A stretch of 63,031 nt of DNA, the filler included, from Thermoplasmatota archaeon (lineage in GTDB: Archaea; Thermoplasmatota; E2; JACPAO01; JAHFTW01): the NCBI GenBank assembly GCA_041623215.1. It is 11 parts of 11 records of this genome, joined end to end, with 100 filler letters (N's around TTAATTAATTAA, not from the genome) between each part and the next. Parts side by side here need not be neighbours in the genome. Positions count along the whole stretch, not along the records: positions 57,552 to 63,031 come from JBFJXH010000121.1; 10 more parts are not named here. One strand, written 5' to 3'. Shown piece after piece: positions 58,625 through 63,031 of this stretch; within the stretch, counting starts at the first letter, position 1, and each line of letters opens with the position of its first letter. The position numbers were made by a program, and so were the translations under genes. The notes below the pieces were generated by a model that did no database searches, was not told where the DNA came from, and worked only from the letters and a program-made list of their open reading frames with translations.

Positions 58625-61600
58625 CTACAAGCTCACAACCGGCGTGACGGCGAATTCCTTGACGGCTCTGAACACTGCGCCGGCGTAGGTTCCTTCGACC
58701 ACAATCTCATGTGTGCCTCGGGCAGCCGTGGTTGGGGACTCGAGGGGGACGAACTTGAAGCCCGCCTTGCCAGCAGCATCGGTCACAGCCGCTTGTTGTT
58801 CCTGCCCAAGGGAGCCCAGGGTTCCCTGGACGAGTTGGTGGCCATGGGTGATGGTCACGGCGGCATCGGCCAAGCGGACGCTCGGATTGAGGAAGCGCAC
58901 TGTGGCGCGCCCGGTGATGTTTTCGCCTTCGGTAAAGTGAGGCTTGGTCAGCACGATGTCGACCAGCACGGGTACTTGGATGTCCCAACTGGCGGTTTGC
59001 ACCTGCCCAGTGGCTACGCTCTGCACGCGCAGGGTTGGCGTGCTTTGACGGTCTCCGAACGGCACCGTAGTGGTTACCGTGACGTCGCGGAATTCACCGG
59101 AGTTGAGGATGAAGGCGGAAGCGGGCGTAAGCGTCCAGCCCCAATCCTCGTGGTTGACGAGTGACAATTTGTAGAAGTCTGCGCTGGGGCCAGTGTTCGT
59201 GACGCGAACCGTGTAGCCGGGCTCCTGGGTTGGGCTAACTTGTTGGAATGCCTGGCCGAATTGCTTGATGTCAAACGCCGGCGTTGGCAAGGCCACGAGC
59301 ACGTCGCGCGCCAGTGAAGCCGTGTACCCGCGGTCGTCTTCGTAGGTAAGGGTGGCCGTGTAAGTGCCTTGGCCTGGATAGGAGTGGGCAACGATGGGTG
59401 TTTGACTGCTGGATGTCCCGTCTCCGAAGTCCCATGTCACGGACGTTACGCTGCCCGGCCCGGGCGTCGTTGTGTCCTCGAAGCGAATATGGCGCGAGCC
59501 TTCCGGTTGGGGCCGCCAGAAGAAGTCAACTGCGGGGGGGCAAATGGGCGTCGCACCGTCGGAGTCCAGGAAGCACGCAAAGTCAACCGTGTTGTCTGGC
59601 GCCACACCACTAAACGTGGCGGGAATGGTGCTGACATGGTATTGGCCCCAGTGATTGGTTCGGGCGCTCAAGTCCATGCCGACGGGGGCGCCGAGGTCGC
59701 CCGTGAAAGCCAGCGTCGCCTGGTTGTCAGTCGCCAGATCATTGTAGGTTGCTTGGGACCCAATGTCGTCCCCGGCGCAGAAGGCCAGCGCAGTGCGGTG
59801 GCCCGAGAAGTCGTTGCCGTGCACTTGGTGGTCACCGCTGCCGCCGCAGAACGAGCCGCCTACGCCGTTGATACTGAAGGTATTGTCACTCACGGTGCTC
59901 GCAGGGCCTTCGATGCGGAGGCCGGCGTTGCCCCATCCTGCCACGAAGCTCTGGTCCATCGTGGTTTGGCTGCCCGCGGAACGAAGACCCACGGAGGAGC
60001 CGGGCAAGTCGTCATCCAGAGCCACGATGGGCCCGGTCAGGCTGACGGCACGGACGGTGAGCCCGTCGCCGACGGCATCGATGCCCGTGACAGGCATGCC
60101 GACGCAGGTCGGGGTGCAGATGCGATCGGTGGAACTAATGGCCAGGTCTTGCAGGACGACGCCGTTGCCGACCACTCGAACGCCGGTTGCTCCGACCGTT
60201 TCGCGCGTCGCTGTGATTTGCAGCCCGGACACGCGTGCGTCGTTGGCTGTAATGGTGACAACGGGCTGGTCTGTGGAAGCCAGGGGTTCGCGAATGCCCC
60301 CCGGGGCACTGGCGCATACGCCTACTGCGTCAAGGCCGCAGAGCCTCAGGCCTTGCAGGACTTGGGGGCCACCGACGATGACGGGTCGAGCGTTAGTGTT
60401 GATCTCGAAGCCGGCCTGGCGTGGCGCGGGGTCGGCCGCATCGATGCTTGGCAACAGCCCAACGTTGCCGCCGGGCACGCTCACGTCCAGGGCCGCGGAA
60501 ATCGTCAGCGCCTCACAGTGATTGGCCGCGTCGTTCCAGAACAAGTCGCGGTGATTGCTGCAGAAGGTCGGCGAGGCGAAGCCGCCAAGGGGATTGATGA
60601 TGGGTAGGGGGGGCTCCGGTGCCCCGTTGGCGAGGCGCATGGGAAGAATGTCCACGTTGGTGCCGGCGCCGCTTGTCTGCACGGATTGTTCGGCGACGCG
60701 CCACGAATTGGTGGACCAGTGCGTTAGGCGGGCATCAATGTCGAGTCCGTTGCTAAGCACTTCGAGGCCCGTGCCTGCCTGGATGGAGCCGTTACGAATG
60801 ATTGCATCGGGGCCCGCAGCGCCGGACGGTGCGAGCGCTAGGCGAATCCCCGTGGTGGTCCCAACAATGCGGTCGCCATCCGAGAAATACCGTGGCCCGG
60901 TGGCAATGTCAATGCCGATGCTTGTCGAACCGGGCCCCCCGGCGGCGGAAATGGTGTTGTCCCTGGTCAGGACATCTTGCCCGCGCGCCCGGATGCCAGC
61001 TTCGGCGGGCTGCCCGGCCACCGATGTGACTGGCAACTCATTGCCCACGATGTGCATGTTTTCGACGGCGCCAGCTTCTTCCCGGAGGTCGAGGCACACT
61101 CGGCACCCGGTCGCCGTATTGCGCAGAATCTGAGCGCCATCAACCCGGTTTAGGCTCGCCAGATACTCAAAATCGCCGTCAAACTGAGTGTCGGCGATAA
61201 AAATGTCCAGAACGTCGTCACCGAAGATTGCGTATTGCCGCGGGCTGCCACCCGCGGAAACCCAGGAGTCTACGACGGCAAGGCCCTGCGAATCGGTCGC
61301 ATCCACGGCTGGGGCGGCGCTCGAACTCACCAACGTAAGCCCCCGAAGCGTCAGGCCGACCGAGAACGACGCGTCCACGTTGGATGTGCTAGACCCGGTA
61401 GTGCCTGCGATGATGGTGGCGTTTGGCTGCGGCGTTGGCGTGCACGCTGCCGTGAAGGGTTCCGCTTGGCAGAAAGTCAAGTCGTGGCGAATCTGGTTAA
61501 CCACAATCGGTTCGTTGTAGGTTCCCGGCGGTAACAGGAACGTTGCCCCCCCTGAGGTGCAAGCAATGGCGTCGGCAATGGTATGCCACGACGATGCGAT

Positions 61601-62779
61601 GCCTTGGCACACATGGTTGAACGCTTGGTCAGCCATGCGAATCGGTCCGGATGACATCGCCGCAAGCTTCCAATTGGAGAACTCCACGAAGTCGCTGACC
61701 GTGCCACCTTGCCCGCCAGGGTTGGCGCTTGCATGGAAGGGGCCGCTGGGGTCGCCCCACCAAACATTGTTGGCCGGCAGTAGGGCGCCGGCGTGGGGAG
61801 TCGAGACCGTCAAGGCCTGCGGACTATTGACAAACTCGTTGTTCCCCAGATTGAACGAAAGCACGTCGTTACCGGTGCTACTGCCGCCAATCAGGGCCGC
61901 CACGGAAGCTTGGCCAAAGTCGGAAATGACCGACCCGGTGAGGCCAAAGTCGCTTGTTCCACCTTGGACCTCGATGCCCGCGCCGGCTCCAATGTTGTCG
62001 TGGCCGAGGATGAACGAATTGGTTACGGACGGACTTGCCTCGCTGGCAATCAAGACGCCTCGAGCGTCTGCCGCGCGGGCCTCGATGAACGTGGTGTCGA
62101 TGAGGTTGGTGCTGCCGCTGGTTAACTCAATACCCGTATGGGCAGCTGGCAAGGCGGCGCTAGCGGCATCCAAGAAGGTGTGGTCAATGACGCAGCTGGT
62201 GCAACCATCCAGGGACAGCGCGGGAAACGGCGCCGTACGCTGGTGGTCGTGCGCCCAAACGTTGCTCAGCTCAAGCGAAGATGTGCCGGGTAGGGTTGCC
62301 ACCAGACTGCCACCGCCGCCAGGTCTGGCGAGCTGGACGCCGTCGATGCGGACTTGGTCGGCATCCACGGACAGCATCGGTTGCCCGGCGCAGCAAGTCC
62401 CTGAGGCAACCAGCTTGCTCTCAGCGAGGTTTTCCTGCCACCGCAGGCTGGGGGAAAGGGGCCGCGGATCAACGCCAACTTGCGCTCCCGTTATGCTAAT
62501 TCCGTCGGTCGCGACGACCAGGGCCATGTTGACGGTGTGGATGCCGGGCCCTAATTGGAGGGTGTCCCCTGGAGCCACCGCCGTCAGGGCGGTCGCCAAA
62601 TCTGGGAAGTCGCAGCCAGTTTCGCCGTCGGCGCAGACCGTCCACGAAGCTGCGGCCTGGGCATGCGGGCCAACAGCAGCCCATGCGAGTGCAAACAGCA
62701 GTGTGCAAAGGAGAAAAGCACGGACACCGCTGCGCGTAGGGGCCACGATTTGACCTACACCTACCATGAAATAGTTCAC
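58625..62779 (-). CDS. Giant secreted protein: three right-handed beta-helix modules + PKD + Ig-like domains
   Basis: Signal peptide; three helix-cap motifs; PKD WDFGDG...HSY...GTYT.TL; start codon approximate. Confidence 0.8.
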   Translation of the reverse strand: MNYFMVGVGQIVAPTRSGVRAFLLCTLLFALAWAAVGPHAQAAASWTVCADGETGCDFPDLATALTAVAPGDTLQLGPGIHTVNMALVVATDGISITGAQVGVDPRPLSPSLRWQENLAESKLVASGTCCAGQPMLSVDADQVRIDGVQLARPGGGGSLVATLPGTSSLELSNVWAHDHQRTAPFPALSLDGCTSCVIDHTFLDAASAALPAAHTGIELTSGSTNLIDTTFIEARAADARGVLIASEASPSVTNSFILGHDNIGAGAGIEVQGGTSDFGLTGSVISDFGQASVAALIGGSSTGNDVLSFNLGNNEFVNSPQALTVSTPHAGALLPANNVWWGDPSGPFHASANPGGQGGTVSDFVEFSNWKLAAMSSGPIRMADQAFNHVCQGIASSWHTIADAIACTSGGATFLLPPGTYNEPIVVNQIRHDLTFCQAEPFTAACTPTPQPNATIIAGTTGSSTSNVDASFSVGLTLRGLTLVSSSAAPAVDATDSQGLAVVDSWVSAGGSPRQYAIFGDDVLDIFIADTQFDGDFEYLASLNRVDGAQILRNTATGCRVCLDLREEAGAVENMHIVGNELPVTSVAGQPAEAGIRARGQDVLTRDNTISAAGGPGSTSIGIDIATGPRYFSDGDRIVGTTTGIRLALAPSGAAGPDAIIRNGSIQAGTGLEVLSNGLDIDARLTHWSTNSWRVAEQSVQTSGAGTNVDILPMRLANGAPEPPLPIINPLGGFASPTFCSNHRDLFWNDAANHCEALTISAALDVSVPGGNVGLLPSIDAADPAPRQAGFEINTNARPVIVGGPQVLQGLRLCGLDAVGVCASAPGGIREPLASTDQPVVTITANDARVSGLQITATRETVGATGVRVVGNGVVLQDLAISSTDRICTPTCVGMPVTGIDAVGDGLTVRAVSLTGPIVALDDDLPGSSVGLRSAGSQTTMDQSFVAGWGNAGLRIEGPASTVSDNTFSINGVGGSFCGGSGDHQVHGNDFSGHRTALAFCAGDDIGSQATYNDLATDNQATLAFTGDLGAPVGMDLSARTNHWGQYHVSTIPATFSGVAPDNTVDFACFLDSDGATPICPPAVDFFWRPQPEGSRHIRFEDTTTPGPGSVTSVTWDFGDGTSSSQTPIVAHSYPGQGTYTATLTYEDDRGYTASLARDVLVALPTPAFDIKQFGQAFQQVSPTQEPGYTVRVTNTGPSADFYKLSLVNHEDWGWTLTPASAFILNSGEFRDVTVTTTVPFGDRQSTPTLRVQSVATGQVQTASWDIQVPVLVDIVLTKPHFTEGENITGRATVRFLNPSVRLADAAVTITHGHQLVQGTLGSLGQEQQAAVTDAAGKAGFKFVPLESPTTAARGTHEIVVEGTYAGAVFRAVKEFAVTPVVSL

Positions 62780-62982
62780 AATGACCCTTCACTTAACCGT
62801 TGGTGCCGGGGCCAGGTCGAATCTTGCCGTGTTGTTTCGTTTTCTTGGGTTGCCCGCGCCCAAGTTCTTTTAGATGAAAGCCAAGTCGAGCCGACTAAGG
62901 TTGCTGGTTGGCGCTTTTTTTTTTGCTTTGAGAGGGGGGCGCTAGCAAAGCCGCCCTTGAGGATTCCCGCATGGCGCACGGA

Positions 62983-63031
62983 ATGAAAGTAGCATTCGCT
63001 GGCATGGCGCTGGCGGTCGTAGCGATGAGTC
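62983..63031 (+). CDS. Possible start of a secreted protein (signal peptide only)
   Basis: MKVAFAGMALAVVAMS, open to window end. Confidence 0.35.
   Translation, partial: MKVAFAGMALAVVAMS

Overview
The window is not one locus. It is 11 short contigs (about 5.5-5.8 kb each, in descending length) joined by artificial 100-nt N/TTAATTAATTAA linkers, so gene neighbourhood is valid only within a contig. The DNA is GC-rich and archaeal: aEF-1alpha-rpsJ, csl4-rpoL, PAN, aMBF1, Nob1, a PAC2 chaperone and TATA-like promoters. It is most consistent with a Thermoplasmatota-type metagenome bin (inference). Housekeeping and metabolic genes include folP/pabC-like, E2/lpdA, argG/argH, rpiA, truD, uppS, dinB, tRNA-Val(GAC), menF/menD, cysS, mdh, gpmI and a MoxR-DUF58 operon, alongside many uncharacterised secreted or surface proteins. 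No CRISPR array, rRNA, transposase or integrase was seen. Best leads: (1) an ACT-domain regulator divergent from argGH with two GACA-N-TGTC palindromes; (2) a two-repeat helical protein downstream of PAN; (3) tandem His-lined beta-propeller lipoproteins upstream of an ABC exporter; (4) two exported, degenerate FKBP-like proteins; (5) PGF-CTERM-like sorting tails, plus a C-terminal Ig-like domain that also occurs as a stand-alone gene; (6) a Csl4 with a eukaryote-like, one-Cys zinc ribbon. All calls come from motif recognition by eye; no searches were run.
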